A stretch of DNA of 64,000 bases from Ammoniphilus sp. YIM 78166 (GCF_004522215.1 NZ_SDLR01000005.1:29086-93085); one strand, 5' to 3'; positions 19,773 to 29,376 are shown, counted from the first letter of the stretch. A program made the numbers and translations. Notes: generated by a model not told the origin, from the sequence alone.

Positions 19773-22389
19773 CAGGCTTCACGTTGAAAAGCTCGGAAGA
19801 GTCACTCAACATTTCCTCAATGTTGGTTCGTTGTCCCGTTGCCAGCTGCATAAATTCGATCAACACTCTTTTTACTGAAGAACTACTCCCTTGAATACGA
19901 GGAAGTATTTTTTGCAGCCATTGTAGGTCAAAGGCTTCTTTTTCGCTCATTAAACCGAATTGTTCATTATAAACCATATAAAAACAGATCGAATCTCGCA
20001 CCCTAAATCCAACATGGGCATGAATCTTTTCTAGAATATTGTTCATTTTTACTAGTCTCTCTGTTGTACGCTTGATGAGCTCTGGATAATTTGAATACGC
20101 ATCTTGAAGCGTGAGATACTCTCGTTTAAGAAAAGAATTTGCCACTCTCATCGGTCTTTGTTCATTCATTTCTATAACATCACCAGGAAAAGAATTGAGA
20201 TTAATATAGTTAAATTCAATCGCTTGTGCCCGGTCCAAGACCTTTTTACTAAAGGGATGCGTGGTCTCATCCATATTAACGGTTCCAATCAAGTACACAT
20301 TATCAGGGATATAGACGCTGCCCAAGTTCTCTTCACCTGATAGTAGGGAATCTGTGAGAATACGTCTTCCTTCCCATCTCTCGGTTTCCATGACGCTTAA
20401 AATATCACTAAAATAATGCTCGACACGGGCTAAGTTCATCTCGTCCAGACAAATAAAATAGATTTGATTCTTATTATGTGGCTGTAAGGCATCCAACAGG
20501 ACTCGGGTTAACCTTCCTTCTCGAAAGTGACCTGATAAATCGCGATAACCAAGAAGATCCGTAGGATCACTCCAGTCTGGGCGAACCGGAATAAGTTCCA
20601 TCTTGGCACCCAGAGCTTCGGCAAATAGCTTAACCAGCTTTGTCTTTCCTGTCCCTGAGATCCCCGCTAAAATTACAAAAGGCTTCGTCTTGAGGGATAG
20701 GTAGAAGTTTTCTATCATGTTATCTGGATAGTAGAATCCTTTTTGCAGGATAAAGGATTTGATAAGGGACAACTGTTCATCGACTTTTACCACATGTTCC
20801 ATTGCTTCTACATCCTCTTTATAAAGATAGATATATAAATTGTCTACTTTTTCTATGTATCCTATTTCTTGAAGCCAATTCAGCATAAACTTTGCCCTAT
20901 TCGCTTGGGTGACGTCTCCCCATTCTGCATCCAGCTCCATAGCAGGAATAAATCGGGCTTGAAATTCGTTTTGGGTAAATTGCTGCAGCTCCTTAGCGAT
21001 GTTGGTTGCCAAGAGGATAACCCTTCTTAAATTACTTGAATCTTGGCTAGTAGTTTGTATCTGATTTTGTAGAATCCCCTTTTGGTTAGGCGTCAGGTTC
21101 CATATGTCTGAACTATCCTGATAAGAATGGCAGTATTGCTGTCCTAGTTCAGTTAATAAATAAGAAGACTTTTCAATTTGAATCAGTCCCAATTCCTCGA
21201 TGGCTCTTCCAATATGCTGGATTCGTTGTTTGGGATGCTTGACCTCATCACCCTTTTTAAGAATAAGAGCTTGCTGAGAAACCAATTCATCCATATCAAC
21301 CATCCTGGGCGATTGACTACCTAAATAGTGAAGGATGCCCTGGATATAATGAAGGTAAGCCATCGTATACTTAAAGCTAACGGGTTGGGCCCCCACCTGT
21401 TTTTGACTACCCTCAGCATAGAGTCGGTAGTTTTCCATCAATTCTCTTAAATCCGAAATGAGTCGATCTTCCTCGGGCATGTGTTCAAGGAAATACCGAA
21501 TATAAGCAACGGTAGATACCTGGTAATCACGTCCGATTCCGCTTGAAGTCAAGTGAATATTGTCATCTTTTTGAAACGACTCTAGTGATAATAAATCTCT
21601 CATTTCACGGACTTTTTGTTCTAAGTAATCGTAGCCTTCTTTTTTCCCTTTATCCTTGAGCGGAACAGTCACGCCTTGAGCTAAAGTTAGATAAACGGAA
21701 CTCATATCCTCTGAGAAAAGATAGACAATATATTCTCCATACTGCGTCGATTCCGTGATCCGTTTGTCCATAATCGCGATCCAGGGAATTGTAGCCCAGT
21801 TCCCTTGGCCTACTGACCCCTGAACCTTATAGTTCTGATCGATAAAAGACAAGGATTGCAGATCCTGTGGAATCTGCTGCCTTACTCTTATGCCTAAGGG
21901 ATGCTCTTTAAACGTTTCTGTTTTGGCTTGTAAATAATGAGATAGGATGTAGGTTAAATGATCTCTTAAAGAAAAAGATTTCGATTGACCAAAATAAGCC
22001 TCAATCTCATCCAAGGCATATTGTTTGAGCTCTTTTCGAACACTTGTACTGAGTTCTTCCAATACATCCGGCCGAAAACCGATCCAGCTTTTTTGAGAGT
22101 CTGTTATGAGTACCGAGGATAAGGCTTGGATAGGGGTCTGGAGTAGATTGATTACTCTAGTAGTTGTCATCTCCCTCCAACTGCTCGCCATGTTTTTAGG
22201 TGCCTCATCTATTGGAAGCCCTTGGTTTTCCCTATCTAAGTAAAACGAAACAAACCGATCTGCTATCCGATGAAGAGGGATTTGGGTCTCAGAAGTCCAC
22301 ATTTCCTCAAGTACGGACAAGATGAGCACCATCTTATATGATTTTTGTCTATTTTTAAAAATGCCTGCTAGTGAAAGTGGTAAAGCCAT
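19684..22389 (-). CDS. McrB-like AAA+ (AAA_5) GTPase subunit with ~560-aa N-terminal extension
   Basis: Walker A LAGISGTGKTKL, Walker B FICLDEMNLARVE, sensor region IGTVNMDETTHPFSKKVLDRAQ resembling McrB; 901 aa, the N-terminal ~560 aa lack recognisable motifs (putative DNA-recognition module). Confidence 0.8.
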   Translation of the reverse strand: MALPLSLAGIFKNRQKSYKMVLILSVLEEMWTSETQIPLHRIADRFVSFYLDRENQGLPIDEAPKNMASSWREMTTTRVINLLQTPIQALSSVLITDSQKSWIGFRPDVLEELSTSVRKELKQYALDEIEAYFGQSKSFSLRDHLTYILSHYLQAKTETFKEHPLGIRVRQQIPQDLQSLSFIDQNYKVQGSVGQGNWATIPWIAIMDKRITESTQYGEYIVYLFSEDMSSVYLTLAQGVTVPLKDKGKKEGYDYLEQKVREMRDLLSLESFQKDDNIHLTSSGIGRDYQVSTVAYIRYFLEHMPEEDRLISDLRELMENYRLYAEGSQKQVGAQPVSFKYTMAYLHYIQGILHYLGSQSPRMVDMDELVSQQALILKKGDEVKHPKQRIQHIGRAIEELGLIQIEKSSYLLTELGQQYCHSYQDSSDIWNLTPNQKGILQNQIQTTSQDSSNLRRVILLATNIAKELQQFTQNEFQARFIPAMELDAEWGDVTQANRAKFMLNWLQEIGYIEKVDNLYIYLYKEDVEAMEHVVKVDEQLSLIKSFILQKGFYYPDNMIENFYLSLKTKPFVILAGISGTGKTKLVKLFAEALGAKMELIPVRPDWSDPTDLLGYRDLSGHFREGRLTRVLLDALQPHNKNQIYFICLDEMNLARVEHYFSDILSVMETERWEGRRILTDSLLSGEENLGSVYIPDNVYLIGTVNMDETTHPFSKKVLDRAQAIEFNYINLNSFPGDVIEMNEQRPMRVANSFLKREYLTLQDAYSNYPELIKRTTERLVKMNNILEKIHAHVGFRVRDSICFYMVYNEQFGLMSEKEAFDLQWLQKILPRIQGSSSSVKRVLIEFMQLATGQRTNIEEMLSDSSELFNVKPDAPFPLSARKIAYMLRRFEEDGFTSFWLS

Positions 22390-22466
22390 GCTGTTCCTCC
22401 TGTGGTAGGAAAATGTTACTAATAGTATAGCAAAAGCCTGACAGGTATTGTCAGGCTAAGTTATTA

Positions 22467-23243
22467 CTATTTTCTTTTATAAGACCCGATCCCAACGACT
22501 TTTCGTTCCTTTACAACGTAGCGGCATTTCGGATAATTAGAACAACCATGAAAAATACCGTATTTTCCCGTTCTTTCTACTAACTCCCCCTCGCATCGAG
22601 GGCAAATGAGTTCGGCCACCTTTAAAGTTTTCACCTTCATGTTTTGGTGGATAGAAGTAACATGTTCTTTTCTCATTTTTCTATCGGTTTGATCCGCTCT
22701 TAAAATTCGTTGTTGGATGGTATGAATATCCTGTTGGTTTAAAACCACTTGCTGATACTTTAGGATAGTAGAAACGAGTTGTGAAGCATAAATCACATGG
22801 GTGTTTGACTCTACTTTCAGTGTCGCTTGATCGCCAAATACGATGATCGAATGATAAGGTACAGTAGGAAAATCGGAGAGGAGATCCTGTAACGCTTTGA
22901 TATGACCCTTGTTTTGCCAGACGGGGTTAAAAAGTTTTTCTTTTCTTTTATATATCGTCTGTGTCCAGTACTGTTGTTGGTCCTTCCCAAAGATCCATCC
23001 TTGATAATTTTTAGTTTCAATCACAAAGATGCCGTAGGATGACAGAATAATGTGATCAATTTGACTGGTCTTCCCTTCTGATATCTGGATCATGATATCG
23101 TGTACAGAAATATATTGATTCGGATCTAGGCTTTTGAGTTTCTTTTGAACTTTTTTCTCCCCAATGTAGCCCTTAACTTTTGGGCTTCTAAGTATAAAGC
23201 TAAATATACTAAAAGCAATTAATATAATAAAATACAGAGTCAT
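22467..23243 (-). CDS. NERD-domain protein with C-terminal topoisomerase-type C4 zinc finger
   Basis: 258 aa; N-terminal TM helix, NERD core (SQIDHIILSSYGIFVIETKNYQGWIFG; D..ExK), C-terminal CPRCEGELVERTGKYGIFHGCSNYPKC. Confidence 0.75.
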   Translation of the reverse strand: MTLYFIILIAFSIFSFILRSPKVKGYIGEKKVQKKLKSLDPNQYISVHDIMIQISEGKTSQIDHIILSSYGIFVIETKNYQGWIFGKDQQQYWTQTIYKRKEKLFNPVWQNKGHIKALQDLLSDFPTVPYHSIIVFGDQATLKVESNTHVIYASQLVSTILKYQQVVLNQQDIHTIQQRILRADQTDRKMRKEHVTSIHQNMKVKTLKVAELICPRCEGELVERTGKYGIFHGCSNYPKCRYVVKERKVVGIGSYKRK

Positions 23244-23281
23244 TTATATTCTCCTTCTTTAATGGTAGATTTAAGGTAAAA

Positions 23282-25732
23282 CTAGTGTGCCCTACCCTTC
23301 CTCTCAAAATGCTCATGAAGCCGATACTCACAGATCTCCTTTGTCCACCGGTAAGCCAATTCCTGATCTTCAGGCGCAATATCAAACTCAAATTTGAAGA
23401 TCCCATCCTTAAAGCTAACCAATCCCTTCGAGCTGCCGCTCCACTTCGTCATGGGCATATCGGCAATGAGATTGGCTACATCTTCTTTATCATACTCCCA
23501 CAAGGCCTTGGTTTTCTTATCGGAGAAGTCGATCCTCTTCCGGTATTCTTTTTCTGTCAGGTAGCGGTGGAAGAATGCTGCTGCTTCTTCTGCTGTGATT
23601 GGTTTCATCCAATGATCCACCCCTTTTTCCAACATATATAAAAGCACAACCATCTTATAGCTCTTGGCCATCCCTGTGCTTTCTACTTCTCTGAGCCAAG
23701 GCTCCATTCGCATAAACGCTTCCTTCTGTTGCTCAGGTAATTCACCAGCCCAATAAAGGAATCCCGGATATGATTTAAATTCCTGTCTGTACCCTTTTGC
23801 ATCCACATTTCCATGCAAATGAAGCTCCAAATAAGTGGGGCGCCTGCCCAGCTCTTGCTTTAATTCAAAATAAGCCTCTCGCAGTTTCTCTTTCCGCGGC
23901 TGTTTTTTCTTGGCCAATTCTTTTAATAGATTGATCGTTTGGATGTCCATTTCCCAATGACATGAATCAGGAATAACCGGTTCTACAAAAGCTTGTCTGG
24001 AAGGTTTGTCCACCACTGAATCGGTCTGGGTATGAAATAATCCAAGTTTCACATCCACATTTCGATAGTTTCCGATTAAATCAATGATGGTACAATGGTC
24101 TTTTCCTTCATATAGTCGAAGGCCTCGGCCAATCTGTTGGGTAAAGATGGTGAGGGATTCGGTCGGTCTGGTAAAGAGCAGCGTATCGACGCTTGGGATA
24201 TCTACCCCTTCATTGAATAAATCGACGGTAAAAATAATCTCCAAACTCCCTTGTTCCAGTCGACGTAAGGCCTCTCCACGGCTCATCTCTACTGTCTTAG
24301 AGTGGAGACTTAAAGCCTGAACTCCTTTTCTTTGAAAATAATCAGCCAAGAAATTAGCCTGCCGAATGGACGAGCAAAAGCCTAAAGTCCGGGTTTGTTT
24401 ATGCTTTTTCCAAGCTGAGAAAATGTTCTCCGCCATGTCTTCTCTTAATTGGACGGTTAAGAGCTCTTCTTCCGCATAACGATTTCCCAACCAGCTGATC
24501 TGGGAGTAGTCGGTTTCATCATAGATGCCAAAATAGTGGAAAGGGGAAAGCCAGCCCCGTTGAATCGCTTCGATAAAATGAAGCTGATAGGCCACATTTC
24601 CTCTGCAAATCGCATAGACGTCCTTCCCATCCATCCGGTCCGGTGTCGCCGTAATGCCAAGCAAGAAGGAAGGCTCAAAGTAATCCAGAATCCTCTGATA
24701 GGTCGGGGCAGCAGCGTGATGAAATTCATCGATAACAATGAGATCAAAGGCTTTGGGAGCAAAGCTTTCCCTATGCTGCTTCATCCCTAATGTATATATG
24801 GAGGCAAACACGAAATCCGCTTCTCCCTCTTTGCGACTTCCGTTATAGATCCCAACCGTTCGATTGGGCATCACGTGTTGAAATGATTTTTGGGCTTGAA
24901 AGAGAATTTCCTCTCGATGAGCCACAAATAATACACGATGAAACCGCTGCGCAAAGAACGCAGCAAGGTAAGTCTTTCCCAATCCAGTGGCCATAACTAC
25001 CATCGCGCTTTGGTAGCCTTCATCCAAGGTTTTTTCCAGTTCCTCTAAAGCTTCCTTCTGAGCAGGCCGAGGTGTTAGCGACAGATAACCGCTTGTCATT
25101 TCTCGGATCTCCGTAGGTTCCTTATCCGCTTTTCCTGAAAACATGATTTCCCTTGCTTCCCGCTCGGTCCACGTTCGAAACAGTTCAGGATGCTGTTGAT
25201 GATAGACTTCGTATTCCTTTTCGTAATGGAAAAGAGTTTCCCTGTTTACGGGGATCGTTTGATCAGCCAAGTATGCTTTCATAAATTGATCGAGAGCCGC
25301 ATCAAACGTAACCGGTTCCGCACCAGCTTGCATAGCTAAATTCCATTCCACCCCATAAGAAAGAGCGGAACGAGATAGATTCGAAGAACCTACGATAAGC
25401 AAACCTTCACCATTTTCAGCATGCATAAGATAAGCCTTCGGATGAAAGGAGATTCCTTTACTGCGCCATAATCTCACTTCAATAGAATCATCGATATCTA
25501 TCAATCTACGAAGACCTTCCGGCTGCGTGACAAACAAATAGTCTCCAGCGAGTATTTTTACCTCAGCTCCACGAAGGATAGCTTGCTTTAATCGACCTTC
25601 TAGGAGGCGAACTCCAGATTCCATTACAAAGGAAGTGATGAAGTAAATAGAAGAAGCTTGTTCCATGGCTTGAACTAAATCTTCTAGTAAATTCTCCGTT
25701 ATCAATTTTATTCTTGTCATTCTCCACCTCAA
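23282..25732 (-). CDS. PLD-like nuclease domain / SF2 (DEAD/DEAH-box-like) helicase / C-terminal DUF3427-like domain fusion protein
   Basis: 816 aa; HKD-like motif FHPKAYLMH...LIVGSSNLS near N-terminus; helicase motifs I (MATGLGKTYLAA), II (VIDEFHHAA), III (ITATPDR), VI (QQIGRGLRL); ~300-aa C-terminal extension. Confidence 0.8.
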   Translation of the reverse strand: MRWRMTRIKLITENLLEDLVQAMEQASSIYFITSFVMESGVRLLEGRLKQAILRGAEVKILAGDYLFVTQPEGLRRLIDIDDSIEVRLWRSKGISFHPKAYLMHAENGEGLLIVGSSNLSRSALSYGVEWNLAMQAGAEPVTFDAALDQFMKAYLADQTIPVNRETLFHYEKEYEVYHQQHPELFRTWTEREAREIMFSGKADKEPTEIREMTSGYLSLTPRPAQKEALEELEKTLDEGYQSAMVVMATGLGKTYLAAFFAQRFHRVLFVAHREEILFQAQKSFQHVMPNRTVGIYNGSRKEGEADFVFASIYTLGMKQHRESFAPKAFDLIVIDEFHHAAAPTYQRILDYFEPSFLLGITATPDRMDGKDVYAICRGNVAYQLHFIEAIQRGWLSPFHYFGIYDETDYSQISWLGNRYAEEELLTVQLREDMAENIFSAWKKHKQTRTLGFCSSIRQANFLADYFQRKGVQALSLHSKTVEMSRGEALRRLEQGSLEIIFTVDLFNEGVDIPSVDTLLFTRPTESLTIFTQQIGRGLRLYEGKDHCTIIDLIGNYRNVDVKLGLFHTQTDSVVDKPSRQAFVEPVIPDSCHWEMDIQTINLLKELAKKKQPRKEKLREAYFELKQELGRRPTYLELHLHGNVDAKGYRQEFKSYPGFLYWAGELPEQQKEAFMRMEPWLREVESTGMAKSYKMVVLLYMLEKGVDHWMKPITAEEAAAFFHRYLTEKEYRKRIDFSDKKTKALWEYDKEDVANLIADMPMTKWSGSSKGLVSFKDGIFKFEFDIAPEDQELAYRWTKEICEYRLHEHFERKGRAH

Positions 25733-25813
25733 GCGATTCCCAATTATTAACTCTCTTTAGTATAGCAAAAGCCTGACCGAATGGGTCAGGCTTCCGTCAT
25801 TTTTTAAGTTTTT

Positions 25814-26188
25814 CTAGGGATAAGGTACCAGATTCGGAATCGCCTTCCGTATTCCCCCACGAGGGTCGTCAATATCCCCCTTATAGCGGGGGATCAAATG
25901 AAAATGAAGATGCATCACGGTTTGCCCCCCATACTCTCCCACATTCACGCCAATGTTGAAACCATCCGGTTGATGAAGATCATCCAGCATCTTTTTCCCT
26001 TGCCGGATTAACTGGTGTATAGCAAGAATTTCCTCATCTGTGGCATCAAAATAAGCTGCTGCATGACGTTTAGGTACTATGAGTAGATGACCTTTTTGAA
26101 CAGGGAATTTGTCATAGAAAGCTTTAGCCCATTCATTTTCCATTACGATTAGTTCCTCAGGCAGTTCACAAAAAGGACAAGTCATCAT
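25814..26188 (-). CDS. HIT-family (histidine triad) nucleotide hydrolase
   Basis: 124 aa; HLHFHLIP histidine-triad motif. Confidence 0.85.
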   Translation of the reverse strand: MMTCPFCELPEELIVMENEWAKAFYDKFPVQKGHLLIVPKRHAAAYFDATDEEILAIHQLIRQGKKMLDDLHQPDGFNIGVNVGEYGGQTVMHLHFHLIPRYKGDIDDPRGGIRKAIPNLVPYP

Positions 26189-26520
26189 TTAACACTCCAT
26201 TGGATTATATTGATGTTTCGTTTTCGTACTTTATTTTAATAATAATACCGCTGTAGGAACGCTCAAACAACTAATTCTTGTCTTCCTCCACCTTAATTAA
26301 AAACAATCTTACCTGGAAGCCTCCCCTTTTTCCGTTTTCTCCTTTCGAAACACTTCTAACTCCTCGATTGAAAAGTCGTGATCCTCTGCCAGAGTATAGA
26401 TAATCGCAGTAGTTAAGCCAATTGTTCGATAGGTGTCACTGATCAGGATTCAATACCCTCATACTGAACTATTAAATCACTATATTTTACATCTCCCTGT
26501 CTCCAAGGTATAATATAATT

Positions 26521-26668
26521 AACAAGTTACAACAATAAAAAAGAGACCGACAGTGCTGTAACACTACCGGTCACGTACAACAGACGTTCCCCAACAGGGG
26601 TCGGCTCAATGCTGAAGGAATAGACCACCGAGTTGTCAGCTCACGGGTGGTCTATTTCTTTTTGGTCA
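26521..26668 (+). ncRNA. putative cis-antisense antitoxin sRNA of a type I TA locus (RatA/SR4-like arrangement)
   Basis: near-consensus promoter TTTACA-17-TATAAT (26486-26514), then ~145 nt, ending in GC-rich hairpin atagaccaccgagttgtcagctcacgggtggtctat (26626-26661) followed by TTCTTTTT; 3' end overlaps the 3' end of the convergent toxin ORF. Confidence 0.4.
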
Positions 26669-26762
26669 TGTATGTCAGAATGGCAATGACGACACCAACG
26701 AATGTTAATGTGAACATGCCTAAGTTCAATGCTAAATCTATTGCATCGTATACTGACACCAT
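26652..26762 (-). CDS. BsrG/TxpA-like type I toxin, small hydrophobic peptide (36 aa)
   Basis: MVSVYDAIDLALNLGMFTLTFVGVVIAILTYMTKKK: M-[ST]-V-Y-[DE]-[AS]-L start, single TM helix, poly-Lys tail as in B. subtilis BsrG/TxpA family; strong RBS AAAGGGGGTG 7 nt upstream. Confidence 0.55.
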   Translation of the reverse strand: MVSVYDAIDLALNLGMFTLTFVGVVIAILTYMTKKK

Positions 26763-26872
26763 TTTCTCACCCCCTTTCTAACAGGGATGAGCCGACCACC
26801 CATGAGGAGCCGATTCTATTGTACTTGTTTATTATATCATGATGTCACAGAAGCAAACATACGTTTTGTTTG

Positions 26873-28816
26873 TTAATACTCCTCCCCCTCTTCCGCCACC
26901 ATGGGTAACGGCTTAAAAAACTCATTCTGCTTATACTGATAGCTGCTTCTACCAAATCTCTCTCTTAAATACTCAGCCAGAGCCGGATCGGTACAAAACA
27001 CAAAGCAGCCTTTTTGCCCGCGGGTCATGAGGGTTCGATAGGTGTTGCGGATGATCTCGTCTGCTAGGCGATGAGCCTCTACCAGATCTTCTTTCTGGAG
27101 TTTTTTCAGACCTTTCAAAGAAGAGTCGGTTTTGGCCCTTTTCGTAGGGTCGGTGATCACCTGCCCATTTACATAACGCATATCATCACCAATAATGACG
27201 CCAACGTAATCAAATTCAAGTCCTTGGCATGTATGAATACAACCAACTTCCTGAACCGATTGTTCGTCAATGGCCCAGGTTTCAGAGTTTGCGAGATTCC
27301 AGCTCATCTTAAATTGATAATCTGGAAGCACGATGTCATACACGTTGGGATTGTTCTTTCCTTCTTTGAGCCAATCCCAGCAATAGCCGGCCACCATGCG
27401 AGACTTATTGTTCTTGAGATTCCGTTTTTGGATTTCTCTTCGGAGTTCGTTTGGATCATCATACACTCGAAAATCATAGTGGCTCCCGATCCAGTCGGTA
27501 TTCGCAGTAGGACGGATTTGCAGCACATCATCCAGCCAAGCGAGGTATCCGTCGGATCCATTACAGCGGAACTGGGAGTCCAGGTTCATGATGTTAATGA
27601 CGGCACCATGTTGTTTCGCGTACTTTTGAATGTCGGCTAGACTGCCGGCATCTTTTAAAGTGACCCGCTGTCGCTCATCGATAAAGAAGATGGAAAGCTT
27701 TGCCGCTTCGATAATCTCCTTCGTTTGGTTTTCTCCTAGGTTTTGAAACATCCCCGACTTCTCATTGAGACGATGGGCTTCGTCCACGATGAGGGCATCA
27801 AACTCGTCGCGAATAGCGTTGATGTAGCTGCCAGACCCCTTAAACAGGTTATCAATATGTCCCTTGCGAAAGTCTTGCTTCAGCTTCGTTGCGTACACGT
27901 TTCGAGGGGCTGCATTTTTAGTGACGTACTGACAGACCATATTTTGTTTAGTGAGTTCGACGAGAAGATTTACTGCTAAAACGGATTTACCCGTCCCCGG
28001 ACCTCCTTGTACGATCAAGACCTGCTTCGTGTGGGTTCGCAAGGCTTCTCGCGCCATGAGGCGAGCCTCCTCATAGACCACTTTCTGGTCATCGATCATG
28101 ACAAACTCTTTATTTCCTTGCAGCATGCGATTCAACGCATCCTGCAAGGATTTAGACGGACGGATACGTCCACTCTCTATTTTATAGAGGTTTTCTTTGT
28201 TATCCCCTATCTTTATGTAGCGCTTAATGAAATCACGCAGATCCTTCGCTTGTCCCTTTACAAAGACAGGCGCCTGTTCCAAGTAATACTCATACATCGG
28301 ATCAGTTAAAGGATCCTCTTCCCCTTGATCTAGATAGTTATGAAGGTAGGCACAAGGATAAAAAGCCATGTCCTCGTTTTGCGCATTTTCGTTATAGTCT
28401 CGTATTAAAGACGCATAGGACCACGCTTGATAGGAAGGATGCGTCGTCTCCATTTTTCCGCGATTCATCGCCGTCTTAACAATGGCTTCTTTTCCCCGAA
28501 CGGCTTCCACCGTCCCCCATTGCTTGAGTTCCACGATGACTACGTTATTTTTCTGTTCGTCTTTACCGGAAATCAGAAAGTCGACTCGCTTCGAGGTATG
28601 GGGAATACGAAACTCAATCGCCACTCCCGAATCTTGGGGAATGGCTTCATCCCCTAACACCCGGTACATATATTGCATCGAAGTGTCCCAAGCCCGAACT
28701 TCTCTTTCGTTAATACGGCCTATTTTCGTGTTGTAGTTCCGGACGATATTGTTGACCAGTTCATCATGAAACACATCTTCCAAAAACTCCGTTTTTGTTG
28801 CTTCATATACAATCAT
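26873..28816 (-). CDS. DUF2075-family ATPase/helicase-like protein with N-terminal PD-(D/E)xK-like nuclease domain
   Basis: 647 aa; N-terminal RVDFLISGKDEQKNNVVIVELKQW (D...ELK); Walker A VLIVQGGPGTGKSVLA, Walker B ALIVDEAHRL; translationally adjacent (16-nt gap) to upstream MazG-like gene. Confidence 0.75.
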   Translation of the reverse strand: MIVYEATKTEFLEDVFHDELVNNIVRNYNTKIGRINEREVRAWDTSMQYMYRVLGDEAIPQDSGVAIEFRIPHTSKRVDFLISGKDEQKNNVVIVELKQWGTVEAVRGKEAIVKTAMNRGKMETTHPSYQAWSYASLIRDYNENAQNEDMAFYPCAYLHNYLDQGEEDPLTDPMYEYYLEQAPVFVKGQAKDLRDFIKRYIKIGDNKENLYKIESGRIRPSKSLQDALNRMLQGNKEFVMIDDQKVVYEEARLMAREALRTHTKQVLIVQGGPGTGKSVLAVNLLVELTKQNMVCQYVTKNAAPRNVYATKLKQDFRKGHIDNLFKGSGSYINAIRDEFDALIVDEAHRLNEKSGMFQNLGENQTKEIIEAAKLSIFFIDERQRVTLKDAGSLADIQKYAKQHGAVINIMNLDSQFRCNGSDGYLAWLDDVLQIRPTANTDWIGSHYDFRVYDDPNELRREIQKRNLKNNKSRMVAGYCWDWLKEGKNNPNVYDIVLPDYQFKMSWNLANSETWAIDEQSVQEVGCIHTCQGLEFDYVGVIIGDDMRYVNGQVITDPTKRAKTDSSLKGLKKLQKEDLVEAHRLADEIIRNTYRTLMTRGQKGCFVFCTDPALAEYLRERFGRSSYQYKQNEFFKPLPMVAEEGEEY

Positions 28817-28831
28817 GGCCGAACCTTCCCT

Positions 28832-29161
28832 TTAGAGCTCAGTGTATTTTTTATTCGATCCGAAGGCTTTCCCCACGGGATACTTCTGCTTATTCTTTTC
28901 GATCTTGCTTTGGATCGCTTCCTGGATATCGATATCCAAATCATGAGCAAGGTATAACGAATAAATTAGGACATCGGCTAGTTCTTCTTTAATCTGTGGA
29001 AGGTTCTGTTCGATTGCGGTTTGGCTATCCTTCCACTGGAAGTTCTCTAGCAATTCACTCGCTTCTAGTGAGATCGAGATCGCAAGATCCTTGGGAGTGT
29101 GGAATTGCTCCCAGTTTCTTTCTTTGCGAAAGGCTAATAATTCATGAATGAGTTCCTGCAC
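28832..29161 (-). CDS. MazG-like nucleotide pyrophosphohydrolase (small all-alpha NTP-PPase)
   Basis: 109 aa; EASELLENFQW...LADVLIY..LA motif typical of MazG/YpjD-type NTP pyrophosphohydrolases. Confidence 0.8.
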   Translation of the reverse strand: MQELIHELLAFRKERNWEQFHTPKDLAISISLEASELLENFQWKDSQTAIEQNLPQIKEELADVLIYSLYLAHDLDIDIQEAIQSKIEKNKQKYPVGKAFGSNKKYTEL

Positions 29162-29328
29162 AGGTTTTCCTCCAGAGGTGTTGTTATGAGATCTATTATA
29201 CAGGAGTAAGTTATATTTTTCTAAAATCTACCTTTATCCGTTATCATCCGTTCTTCTCTCAGTACACGACAATTCCTTAGTGATAACACATCTGGATGAC
29301 TGGGATCCGCTAAAGGTTAGAGCAGACT

Positions 29329-29376
29329 CGCTAAACGGCAAAGCGTCCCCTACCTGGGGGGTATCCCCGAAGCGTT
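29329..29376 (+). repeat. three-hairpin repeat, copy R7 (internally deleted variant)
   Basis: cgctaaacggcaaagcg-tcccctacctggggggtatccccgaagcg. Confidence 0.6.

Noticed and set aside
27071-28992. Several + strand ORFs (189 aa, 100 aa and others) across the DUF2075 and MazG genes
   Set aside because: They are antisense to genes with clear Walker and MazG motifs and have no supporting signals.
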